From Lama guanicoe (Eukaryota), in contig MU054338.1 in the NCBI GenBank assembly GCA_013239625.1, positions 2,668,977 to 2,732,976 of the forward strand: a stretch of DNA of 64,000 bases, given 5' to 3'. Position numbers and translations under genes: made by a program. This document shows positions 41,350 to 59,412 of the stretch, piece by piece. The notes below the pieces were generated by a model. The model was not told the DNA's origin. It saw only the letters and a list, made by a program, of their open reading frames with translations, and did not search any database. Position 1 is the first letter of the stretch; each line of letters starts with the position of its first letter.

Positions 41350-44300
41350 GTGAGCCCTGCCACGGGGGAGGGAGGATTTATGCCAGGAACACTGCCCAAG
41401 CTCTCAGAATTGGCAGGAACCTCACACCTCATTGTACAGATGGGAAGACTGAGGCCCAGAGGAAACATGTAATGACCAAAATAGTGCCTCCTTTCTGGGG
41501 CTGCTCTTGGTCTTTCTTCTAGTTCCCCCACCTTCCAGAAGGGGGGAATTTGGGCAGGATGGGAATATAAGAGAAGGCCGCTCACCCCCACGGGAGCATC
41601 TGTCAAGCACTTTTTAAAGAAATTGGCTCTCAGGTCCCGGAGTGTCTGGGTCAGCCTCACAGCACAGATTTGGAGACCAAGGCTTAGCAAGTGGGAGCGG
41701 CAGGCCCAGCCTGGGGACTGAGCCGGGACTGAACCGGAGTGGGACGGACCTTGGGGTGGTGTGCAGATGGGTAATGGGGAGGAGAGGGGTTAAGTGACCT
41801 CACAAATGTCCCCTCCTTGCCCCAGATGACTTCCTCCACCAGTCCCACGGGCCCCATCGACAGCCTGGAGCTCTTGGATCTCCTGTTTGACAGGCAGGAT
41901 GGCATCTTGAGACACATAGAGCTGGGCGAGGACTGGGGCCACGTCGACGATCAGGTGATAACCGACTGCAGGCACTGGGGGCCAGAGCCAGAACTCCGCT
42001 CAGCTCTGTGCATTCACTGCTCATGGTGGGCGATTTTAGCAAAGCACGTTATTGTGCTTAACCTCTCAGCTATCCTAAGGGGCAGGTGACTTTACCTTCT
42101 TAAAGGTGGGGAAACCAAGGCCCTGAGAGGGGTGGTAACTTGTCCTGGGTCACACAGGATTTTGGAGCTGGGCTCAGACTTCAGCTTGGGGCTCGTGCCT
42201 CAACATGGTCGGATTGTTTTCAGGCACCAACACCAGAGGCAAGAACATTAGTTCTTTCCACCTTGCAGAAGGGATAAGTGAAGCCCAGAGAGGGTCAGTG
42301 GCTTGCCCAGAGTCACACAGCGATTCAAAGCAAAGCATAGGCCTCCTAATTCCCACTCATCCTTCTCCCTCCCAGCAGGTCCTGCCAGGCCCGGACTCTG
42401 ATGATTTCCTCAACTCCATTCTGGGTTCTGGAGATTCAGTGCCCAACTCCCCGACCTGGTCTCCTGCAGGCAGTGACAGTGGCATCTCAGAAGATCTGCC
42501 CTCTGACCCCCAAGACACCCCTCCACGTGGTGGGGTGGCTGTCACCCCAGTCAGCTGCCAAACCACGGAGTCTGGCAAGGAGCTCTGCCTCTCCTACCAT
42601 CCTGGGCCCCCCTGCCCCACCAGGCACCCTGGGCCAGTAGCCCACGGGCTCGAGGCCTCCGTGGCCATAGACCTGGGTGAGTTCCGTGTCTTCATTCACT
42701 ACCGTCACCTTGTTCCAGGCACTGTACGCACATACCCGCCCTTTGAGGTGGGTGCTCGGACGCTGTTGTGGGCTCATTTTGCAGATGGTTAGGGGATGAG
42801 TCAGAGCTTTAGAGCTGGGTGGGGGGGTGGAGTTCAGTGGTAGAGTGTGTGCTTAACATGCATGAGGTCCTGGATTCAATACCCAGTATCTCCATTTTAA
42901 AAAAGTTTCAAAAAAAAGAGCCACAGAGCTGGGATGCCACCCTGCCAGGCTGACTCCAGCCCCAGACACCATGCTGGCAACCTCGGTTTTGTGCCTCCCA
43001 TGCCTGGGTCCCAGTAGATGCTCAGTGAAAGTGTGTGAGGTCATGGGAGCTCAGGCCTTGGGGTGCACCTTCTGGATCTGGGGAACAAGTCTCGTGCAGA
43101 AGATGCCCCCAGCAGGGCATCTTTTGCCTCCTGAGCCTCGCAGTGGGGCGGGAGCTCCTATTTGTCCCATTGGAGACTTGACAAAACTAAGGCTGAGAGA
43201 CGTTTCATCACTTACCCAAGGTCACACAGCTCTGCCCGGTCGGGGATTAGAACCGAAGGTTGTCTGACTGAAGTCTGGGGCTCTCCAGAGCACCTATGGT
43301 GTGCTAGGTACCTGGTGGGAGGGAACCGCAGGTGAATCAGACCTGGTCCCTGCCCCGAGGGGGCGATAAGGCCAGGCTGGCTGCAGATCTAGCCTTTAAT
43401 CCTGGGTGATAACGGCCGCTCCCTCTTGGGCTGGCAGCGGGCTCCTGATAAAGTCCTGATGAACTTGGGTTCCTGTGCTGTGGCAGAGGAAGACTGAGGC
43501 ATCAGTTGGGGCTGCCCCCTTCAACCCAGGCCCGGGGGCCCTAAGCTGCGCCACGAGTCCCTAGCACACCGAGGTCAGTCCTGGGAGCTTTGCTGGAGGA
43601 AGCAGGTAGAAGCTGGGACCTCAGGGCCCCCCCCGACTGTCTCCCTGTCTCTTTCCCCACCTGCCCCGTCAGAAGCGTGGAGCCCAGGACTGCACACCGA
43701 GGAGCGGGCTGGGCCGGCCGACTTGCCTCCGCGCCGCAGCCCCACGGTGAAGGACCTCCTGCTCTCCGGCAGCGGTGGGGCCGCGGTGAGCCGCCCTGCC
43801 CGTCCGCCGGGGCGGCGGGGCTGGGGGGCGGCGGTCCCGGGTGCCCCGCTGCCTCCACTTCAGAGACTGGAAGGCAGCCACAGACAGGGGTGACGTCTGT
43901 CCAAGGTCACATGCAGAGCAAGTCAGCAGGTCCCAGTCTCGAGTTCTCTTGTCTCCGGGGCTGGGGCACGTCCTACGATAGTGGTAGTAAAAAAATAATA
44001 ATAATAGCTGAAACTCACCGAGCACCTGCTATAGGTCGGCCACGCTTCTAAGTGGTTAAATGGGTTATTTCTTAATTCACAGCAACCCATGAAGATTCAG
44101 ATTCTTATCTCAATTTTACATAGGAGCAAATGGGCACAGAGGGGTTCAGTAATTTGCCCTAAGTCACACAGCTGCTGCAGGCTCAATTCCTGGGCTGGCC
44201 CATTGGACCTATTGTGCCCATTGCATGTTGACCAAGGGCCATCTATTTCCTCTATCAGTAAACCAGAGCTGCCAACCCAATTAGTGTCCCCATTTCACAG

Positions 44301-47300
44301 ATAAGCAAGCCAAGGCCCAGAGAGGTTAAGCCACAAAGTTACACAGCAAACAAGTGGCTGAGTCAGGATTTGAACTCCAGTTTGCCTGATGCCCAAAGTT
44401 GTCCTGACAACCTCGAAACAAGGCCAGAATGCCCCTCCCAACTTAAGAGATGTGAGGTGATCACCAGCTGTGTACTCAGCCCCTGAGGACCTCATGGTCA
44501 AGAGGGGACAACTGACTACTCATGGAAGTGTATTGATAAAGAGAGAGGCAAGTCCAAGAAGGCTTCCTGGAGGAGGCAGAACTTCAGCAGGTCTTGAAGG
44601 ATAGGAAACATGAATGACTACTTTGGAAATGCTAACTGGCCTTTGTAAATGCATTAAGTTTAATATTGTTGCATATCTGTGTGTGGATGACCTTGGAAAG
44701 TAGGAGATCGTATCCCCATTTTGCAGATGAGCACACTGAGGTTTGGACCCTAAGAGAGACAATGGTTGTGCTGATCGATGGTCTGGAATTCTAGGGAGTG
44801 GAGTTTGATCCGATGAATGGGAGACTGCCCCAGTCTCCCCCTTTACTCCTGAGCCTCCCATTCCACCCTGTGACATTGCTAAGACTTGGCACTCAGACGA
44901 CAAGATTCTTTAATTTTTAGTGTTTCTATTTCATAATTTAAATTTAATTTTAAAATTGTTGCAATAGGCAAATGCACTCACACAGTCCAAGTTCCAAATG
45001 TACAAATGGGCACGTGGGGAGACGCGCCCTTCACCCCTGTTTCCCGGAGGCTCGCTTGTTTAGCTTGTCCCTGTTTGTCGGATTTCCCCTCTGCTGTTGC
45101 AGACGGCACTGCCATGAGTGTTCAGAGCCCAGAGCAGTGCCTGGCATGGAGTAGGTGCTAAATACATAGCTGTCGAGTGACTATTTGTTAAACAAATGAC
45201 AAACTTGTATCTGTAAGATTAATTCCTGGAAGTGGAATTGCTGGGTCAGAGGTCTGTGCGCTGGTTCTTTTGAGCCCTAGTGCCAGCGGGCACGCTACAG
45301 CAGACGGATCGATAGTTTCTCAGATCTGATGTCTCTTATTTCCCCAAAGCTCTCACTAGCCCTAAAGCAATTCTCCTGGTTTCCCCACAGCAACATCACC
45401 TGGCAGCCCCCCACCTGTTGCGACCTGGGACCGGGCACTGCCAGGAGCTGGTGCTGACGGAGGATGAGAAGAAGCTGCTGGCCAAAGAAGGCATCACCCT
45501 GCCCACACAGCTGCCCCTCACCAAGGTGAGCCAGTGGGGCCCCTGGCTACCAGGCTTGCCCCTTTCCTGCAGCTACCTGCCCACGAGTCTCACCTTTAGG
45601 TTTCTTGCATTAGAATGTTAGGACGTGTCGGTTATCGGAGTCAGAAAAATCATCCTCAGAGGCAACTCAGTGGGGCTCTCTGGCTGGCCACAGTCCCCAC
45701 CCAGCCTGTTCACTAAGCATCAATACCCAAATTTGCCTTTCCAGTCTGAAGACATCTCTAAGTCTTGATAACAACCGGCACTGGGAAGGGCGCTGTTCCC
45801 AAGGTGGCCAGAAGGTGGCGCGATTTCACCAGCGCACAAAGTCGGTACCCAGTGACCGACTGGGATTGGGAGCTGGGACCCAGAACCCCCGCCTAGAGGC
45901 TCTGCAGGAATTCAGGGGCAGAAAACCTGGTCTTCAAGTCATTAGGGGTCTGCCCCCAGGGTAGACCTGAGTCTGGGATGGCTCCCATGAGAAGATAACG
46001 GCGTGAAGTTGTAGGGAGAATGGATCCTCCGGACTGACTCAGCCACCTCCCTGTGTCACTTTGCAGTATGAGGAACGAGTGCTGAAAAAAATTCGCCGGA
46101 AAATCCGAAACAAACAGTCGGCACAAGAAAGCCGGAAAAAGAAGAAGGAATATATTGATGGCCTGGAAACTCGGTAAGGCTGGGGCCCCAGGACTCTGCA
46201 CTCCCGGGAGAACTGAGGTCCGAGAGAGGGATGATGCAGTGGGGCTAAGGTCACAGTTTTCAGAACCTGACGAAATTAGAGCTGCTTCCTTCTCTGGGAG
46301 AGACCGTTTTTCATGTGAATGGCAAGGATGAAAAATGCTTACAGGTGGTACAGGGCTCGGGTTCGAGGTTTCTTTGTCTGCTAGCATATGTGATTTCAAG
46401 AAAGGGGACGGTATCATTCATCTAGTCCTGGCTCTCTGCTTGAAGATGAGACACTTACTTCCCTTGTCTGAAAATCGCTGGTCCTGAGAGCTGCCATGGC
46501 TTCCTTGGGTGAGGAAGAAGGAAGGCCCAATTTCCTCAACTTAAGAATTGTGCACCCCAATCTCATCCAGTTACCTCTCTCAACTCATTTAGGGTAGTGA
46601 GGGGTAGGCTTCTTATCATTTTTTAATAGAAACATAGGAGCTGAGCTTGTTCACTTTTTAAACCAAAAGTGATTTTATCATGTTACAGGTCTGTTTGGGT
46701 TTTCTATTTCTTCTCAAGTCAATTCTGGGATGTCACATTCTCCTGGAAAGTTGTCCATTTCAAACATATTGACATAAAATTCTTCATTATTTTCTTCTAT
46801 TATTTTTCTTCTATTATTTTTAAGCTCTGAGTAATCTATAGTTATGCCCTTTTAAGTAACTCATATTGTGTATTTGTGCCTTCTCTTGCTTTTTACCTTG
46901 TCAGTCTTGCCAAAAGTTTGTCTATTTTATTATTCTTTTCAAAGAATGAATTTCTGGACTTTCCTCTCACCCCACTGTATTTTTGTGTTCTAGTTCTTTT
47001 ATTTCTACTCTTAGCTTTATTGTGTCTTTCACTGATTTTTTTTTTTGGTGGGGAGTTTATTCTGTTGTTTGTTCACTAACTTTTAAATGTGTACGTTCAG
47101 CTGGTTAAGCTGTATTAAGGCTATTCATTTTCCTCTCAGCACTGCTTTAGCTGCATCTTACATATGTGGATTTGTACCATTGTCATTACCATACAGTCCC
47201 TAGGTCTTCCCTAATTTACACTGTGGATTCTTCTTTATCCCATAATGTATTTAGAAGGAGAGCCTTTTAGTAGGGGAATTTATTCTCTTCCCTGGTTGGG

Positions 47301-49531
47301 ATATGAGGACTAACTATTCTCATGCCAGGATTTGAGAGTTTTGACTCTGCATCTGAGTGGTCTGGGCCAAGACCACATTCACAGGTGTATGCATACGGGA
47401 AGCATCACTGCCTGAGTATGGCACTCCATTCCCAATCCTGGGTGCTCAGGCTGGAATAAAGCCTCCACATCCGTGCAAAGATGGTACCTAGAAGCCAGGC
47501 AGAACTGTGTTTGAATATTGGTTTTGTCACAGACTTACCAGGGTGCCTTTGGATGAATGACTTCCCCTCTCTGGCCTTGGGTTCCCTGCCTATAAAGTGG
47601 ACCCTCACAAAGAGATACTAGTTAGACCTATTGATGACAGGCATATTCTGAATGTCTCTGTGACATTGCCCCTGCAGGATGTCAGCCTGTACTGCCCAGA
47701 ACCAGGAGCTTCAGAGGAAGGTCTTACATCTTGAGAAGCAGAACCTGTGAGTCTTCATCCAGCCGGGGCAGAGGACAGGGGAGCTGGCTCCACAGTCTCT
47801 TGCAGGAGAGGTGGACATGGGGGTATAGCCTGTGTGTTGGCAGGGCAGATCAGGGGGTAAGGGCTCCACCTAGAAATGGGCAGGCTGCATAGAGGAGGGG
47901 ACTTGAACTTGGGCCCTTGAAGGATGTATAGGAGTTCACTTGATGGAAGACGCTCCCAGTGGGGGAATTAGCATATGAATGGGCAAAGGCTAGGAGTATG
48001 TTGTGTAGAACTGCAGGTGATTCCGTCTATGGGGTACATCCACCCAGTCCATTTTTATTTAGCATCTGCTACGTGCCAGGCATAGTTCTGGACACAGGAA
48101 CCCCAACAGTGAGCAAAACAGACACAGCCCCTCCACTTAAAGAACTCAGTGTTGTGGGAAACATACTCAAGGCAAACAAAAATTATAAAAGACCTTTCAA
48201 ATAGTGATTGTCACTGGGAAGAAAAGTAAGAGGGGGCTGTTTTAGACAGAGAGATCAGATAAGGTGATATTTGAGATGACACCTGATGGATAAGGACGAA
48301 GCAGCTACAAAAAGACCTGGGGGAACAGTGTCCTCGGTACAGAGGGAACAGCTAGTACAAAGGCCCCGGGCCAGGAATGCTTGTGTGTTGGAGGAAGAGT
48401 GAGGGAGCTATTTGTCTGGGGCAGAATGAGAGATGGGGAGAGAAGGAGGAGGTGAGGCAGGAAGGGGATAGGAGCAAAGAGGGAGGGTCTGGGACTTTTA
48501 AGATCAGTGGGGCCTTGAGGGATGTATGGGATTCAGAACTCAGCCCTCAGCTGGGCGGGGGAATCACAAAATGGACAAGGAGCCAGTCAGCCATGTAGAG
48601 CTCAGCCAAGCCTACCCATTTTCCCCAAGGTCCCTCTTGGAGCAGCTGAAAAAACTCCAGGCCATTGTGGTCCAGTCCACCACCAAGTCAGCTCACACAG
48701 GCACCTGCATAGCGGTGAGTCCTGGCCCCTAGCTCCGAGGCGATCCTCAGCCTTGGCAAAGGGGCCTGTGGGAGGAGGTGAGTGTGAGTAGGAGAATGGC
48801 CCTGAGCCCCAGCTCAAGCATGATCCAGTCTTCTGGGCCTTGGTTTCCCTGCCTCTGAGATGAGTGTGCTCACAGGGGAGGGGGAGGGACGCGGTGACCC
48901 TGCCCCCATCTCTGCCAGGTCCTGCTCTTTTCCTTCGCCCTCATCGTCCTCCCTTCCATCAGCCCTTTCGCCTCCAACAAAGCCGAGAGCCCCGGAGACT
49001 TCACACCTGTGCGAGGTAGGTGGACATGGGTCAGTCCTCCCTCAAAACCTCTCTGGGCTTCACCGTGGGCACACTCCCCTTGGCTCCCCAGCCCCTATAC
49101 TGGGTCTCTGGGGAACTGGACCCCTTGCAACTGCTCCCTGAGGCTGGGAGCTAAGGAAATAAGGGACACCAACCCCCCACCCAGCCCAGCCCTCATGCCT
49201 CCCCAACCCTTGCTCAGTTTTCTCCAGAACTTTGCACAACGACGCTGCATCTCGAGTGGCCCCAGATGCCGCACCAGGCTCCGAGGCCCCAGGACCCTGG
49301 CCCGAGGCTGGTGTACTTCAGGAAGGGTCTCAAGGCAGCCCCGGGGGGTACTGGGGATCCCGGGACACGCCATCTGTGGACAACTCGACAGAGGATCTAG
49401 ACAACTCGACCCTGGTCCAGGGCACTGAGATGAAGGAGCTGGATCGGGCCACTCTGCTGGACTGTGCTCCGCCTAAGCCAGCACTCAGCCCAGGACAAGT
49501 GGGGCTGGAGGCGGCAGGTGGGGAGCTGTGA
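41323..49531 (+). CDS. CREB3L3: CREB-H / cAMP-responsive element-binding protein 3-like 3, ER-anchored bZIP factor; 10 coding exons, 1377 nt, 458 aa
   Basis: Exons of 27, 129, 301, 113, 135, 107, 69, 85, 97 and 314 nt splice in frame. Contains the DSGIS degron, the bZIP ([35 protein letters not shown]), a TM segment ([17 protein letters not shown]) and the S1P-type RVFSRTL motif. Confidence 0.96.
41826..41954 (+). CDS. CREB3L3: CREB3L3 exon 2
   Basis: Encodes [43 protein letters not shown]; acceptor cccag, donor CAG|GTGATA. Confidence 0.94.
42376..42676 (+). CDS. CREB3L3: CREB3L3 exon 3 (NAGNAG acceptor, alternative start at 42379)
   Basis: Encodes (Q)[20 protein letters not shown]...[19 protein letters not shown]...EASVAIDL; donor G|GTGAGT. 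Confidence 0.94.
42820..42920 (+). mobile_element. tRNA-derived SINE in CREB3L3 intron 3
   Basis: GTTCAGTGGTAGAGTGTGTGCTTAACATGCATGAGGTCCTGGATTCAATACCCAG. Confidence 0.75.
43673..43785 (+). CDS. CREB3L3: CREB3L3 exon 4
   Basis: Encodes (E)[37 protein letters not shown]; pyrimidine-tract acceptor and GTGAGC donor; frame fits both neighbouring exons. Confidence 0.88.
45391..45525 (+). CDS. CREB3L3: CREB3L3 exon 5
   Basis: Encodes [45 protein letters not shown]; donor GTGAGC. Confidence 0.95.
45805..45823 (+). promoter_or_regulatory. CTCF-binding site in CREB3L3 intron 5
   Basis: TGGCCAGAAGGTGGCGCGA, with GCTGTTCCC upstream resembling the CTCF upstream motif. Confidence 0.65.
46067..46173 (+). 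CDS. CREB3L3: CREB3L3 exon 6 (basic DNA-binding region)
   Basis: Encodes [35 protein letters not shown](R); donor GTAAGG. Confidence 0.97.
47678..47746 (+). CDS. CREB3L3: CREB3L3 exon 7 (leucine zipper)
   Basis: Encodes [22 protein letters not shown](L); donor GTGAGT. Confidence 0.96.
48630..48714 (+). CDS. CREB3L3: CREB3L3 exon 8
   Basis: Encodes [28 protein letters not shown]; donor GTGAGT. Confidence 0.96.
48919..49015 (+). CDS. CREB3L3: CREB3L3 exon 9 (transmembrane segment)
   Basis: Encodes [32 protein letters not shown]; donor GTAGGT. Confidence 0.96.
49218..49531 (+). CDS. CREB3L3: CREB3L3 exon 10 coding part (luminal domain)
   Basis: Encodes (V)[16 protein letters not shown]...[11 protein letters not shown]...GLEAAGGEL then TGA at 49529-49531. 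Confidence 0.94.
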
Positions 49532-49988
49532 GCACCACGGGGACATGCCCCCAGGCCCCTCTGCTCGAGGGTGCTGCAGTGGACAGTGACAGGCCCAGGG
49601 ATTTCAGGTGAGGGAGAGACCCTTGCGGAGATACCAGGACGGAGATGCATAGACTCACAGCTACAGACCCAGGGACCCAGGCATATGCAGAAACTGACAC
49701 TCAGACACAGGGTGACCATAGGGCCACAAAGCCTGAGAAACACACACAGACCCAGGTGCAGGAGGAGACAGGAAGACATACACAGACTGATCCACAGATC
49801 CAGACAGATATACATACAAGGCCTCAACAAATCCCCGCCCCAGGCACTCCCTCCTGCCCCCTCGCACACAGTGGGGAGGAACCAGCCAAGACTGCAGGGA
49901 CGCTGGTCCCGGAGCACGGGCTGAGCTCTGAACTTCCAGGCAGCCATGGCCCACAGCTACCCCTTTTTCTAAGACTGCCGTGATCTTT

Positions 49989-49994
49989 AATAAA
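49989..49994 (+). terminator. CREB3L3: CREB3L3 polyadenylation signal
   Basis: AATAAA about 460 nt after the stop, followed by GT-rich sequence (GTCTGGTGTGG). Confidence 0.8.
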
Positions 49995-50129
49995 AGTATT
50001 TTGACAGAACACGTCTGGTGTGGAGACAGAGTAAGGTAGGGGCTGAATTAGAGTCTGGGGCTCTCCAACCTACATAAGGAAGAACTGGGGGGCCTAGAAT
50101 GGAGAGGAGTGAGGTGGAGAGACCTTGGA

Positions 50130-50505
50130 CTCTTAGGCTGGAGCAGCGAAAACAGAGGCGCCAGAGGCGTCTTCAGCACCTTGGAGAGCGGCGACCGGCG
50201 GCGCGCAGGGCGCGCCAGGAGCGCAGGGTTCTGGAGGCTCTGGGGGGGCCCGGAGGCCCTTCAAGGGTGTCCGCGGAAGGTCTGCGGCATTTGCCTTCCT
50301 GGGGCCCGGGCTGTCCACCCTGCTTGCTTACCGGTTGAGGAAACGGAGGCGTCGGAAGAGATGAGACCCGCCTAAGATCGCAGCAGGGGAGGATTGATCC
50401 CTCCCCTACTGCGCCTGCGCTCTTCCCTTAACGCGTCGCCCGCCGCAGCGCTGCCTGCTTTGTGCAGGTGCCCGAGGATTTCAATCGCGAAGAGGAGACG
50501 CCACC
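50130..50505. promoter_or_regulatory. Intergenic CpG island between the CREB3L3 and SIRT6 3' ends
   Basis: Dense CpG; NRF1-like TGCGCCTGCGC at 50410-50420. Confidence 0.6.
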
Positions 50506-50765
50506 TCTCTCATCCCTTTAGAGGGGATCATAGCCTAGTAGCAGAGGGCACATATTAAGAAATAACGCTGATAATAACCACAGTCTTAGGGCTCAAGGAA
50601 TGCCAGCTGCTGGTAAGGCCCTCTTTCACCCCAGGCCTAGATTGCAAGGACGCGCTGGCAGACGTTCCAGGGGGTGAGAGGACCACACACTCATGCTCCC
50701 AGGGACTAGGACCTGGCACAAAGTTGTGGATGTTAAACACAGATTCAGATGCAAGAAATTCTGCT

Positions 50766-50771
50766 TTTATT
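50766..50771 (-). terminator. SIRT6: SIRT6 polyadenylation signal
   Basis: TTTATT on the plus strand (AATAAA on minus) about 540 nt after the stop; TGTGTTT follows downstream on the minus strand. Confidence 0.8.
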
Positions 50772-51313
50772 GCATTGAAGGCTTTTCTGGAAGCCTGGTA
50801 GAAGCCAAGTGGACCCACCTCTTTGTCCCTCCAGCCCCGAAGGCAGTGCAACCTCTGTTGTCTGTCCTGCCATGAAGTTTGGCTCCTAAATGGTGGCTCT
50901 GCCTCCTTTCCCTTGTGGAGGGACTATGAAGGCCATTTTGGAGTAGGCAGGGGTTGGGGAGTATGAGGGCCTGGGGGGCAGAGGGAGTTAATTCCTGTTT
51001 AGGCTGGAAACCAGAGAGGGCCTGGCCACACCTCCCAAGAACATCCTGAGTCAGGGGCTGGGGCTAGGGGGAGGAACAGGTGCCGGGGGTGTAAGCTCCA
51101 AGGTCAGGGTCTAGGGAGAGGATGCTCCTTCCCAGGCCCCCAGAGCTAAAGGGGGGTGCAATGAAGGGCAAGTCTGCCCCGGAGTCTGGAGCCCAGCTCT
51201 CAGCGCCCTGAGGGCTCCCCCCAAGGACAGAGACAAGTAACAAAGTGAGACCAGTAAGAAAAAAAAGAATCCATAGTTTCTATAAAAAGCCCCGCCCTCC
51301 CCAGGCCCCCTGG

Positions 51314-58338
<7,025 letters not shown>

Positions 58339-59376
58339 CTACCCTCCCCCATCCCCCCAGGACAGAGCTGGAGAGAAGGGGCCAGGATTCATGCTTCCAG
58401 TCCAAGGTTCTTTTCCCTGCACATTTCAGAAGTTTCTACATTTACAAATGCAGGGTACCTTGCACGTGTGTTGCGGGGGCGGGGGCAAATTGGGGCTTCA
58501 CTTGGGAGGGTCACGGACGCCGCTCTCAGTTGTCTGAACATTACCCAAGGGGGCGATAAACACTCAGCAGGACAGGTCCTGATGGCACCAAGAGGCTCGA
58601 GAAACTGCTCAAGGTCACTGGGGCTAGTGACATTTAAGAAACGTGTTGAGCACCTACTGTGTGCTGGGGAGACACTGGCGAACAAAGGTGGCATCTTGTG
58701 ATGAGTGATGGACACAAACAGGTGACCAGGCAGTGGTGACTTAGAGTGACTGGCAAGTAATGAGGAGGCACCTGATCCAGTCTGAGGGGCACCTGGGAAG
58801 GCTTCCTGGAGGAGGGATGTTGCAGCAAAGATCTGAAGAGTAAGTAGGAGTGAAGTGGGGAGAATCAGCCAGCTGGGGGGTGACATGAGGTACAGAAGGA
58901 GGCCTCTTGGCAGAGGAACAGTAAGTACAAAGGCTGGGAAGAGACAAAGAGGGTGGCTCATTCCAGAAACTGAAATCAGTCCAGTGATGTTAGGGAAGAA
59001 CATCGGTGTCTTCCCGCCAGAGCCCGTTGGCCAACAGTTAGCCCCGCTGCCAGCCTGTCTCCTCCCTCTGCTCATCCCCGGCCCCCTGGGGCGGCTGCCC
59101 GCTCAGAGCTGATCAGGTATCAGAGCTGAGTGCTGGGAGCTGCTGGTGCAAGCTGGTGGCCCAGCTGGGAGCAGGTAACCAGAGCTGGCAGTGGACACGG
59201 TGGCCTGGTACTGGAGTCGCTGGAGCTGCAGGAGGTAGGAGAGGAAGGAGGTAAGGGCGGCCCAGATGCAGGCTTCCCTTAGGGCCTCGGGCTCCTTGCC
59301 CCTGAGCCCCGGCATGTGGGAGACAGGAGAGGCCGGTGTGCGTCCCCGCCATGCTGAGGCACCCAGGCACCCTGAT

Positions 59377-59412
59377 GCGCGCGCGCACGCACACACACAC
59401 ACATACACACAC
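59377..59412. repeat. (CG)n(CA)n alternating purine-pyrimidine tract
   Basis: GCGCGCGCGCACGCACACACACACACATACACACAC. Confidence 0.9.

Noticed and set aside
40753..41472. 239 aa ORF in frame with the CREB3L3 start, suggesting a 190 aa N-terminal extension
   Set aside because: It runs through promoter elements (DR1, GATA) that probably lie upstream of the TSS, then reads into intron 1 and a MIR. It has no recognisable protein features; 5' transcript evidence would be needed.
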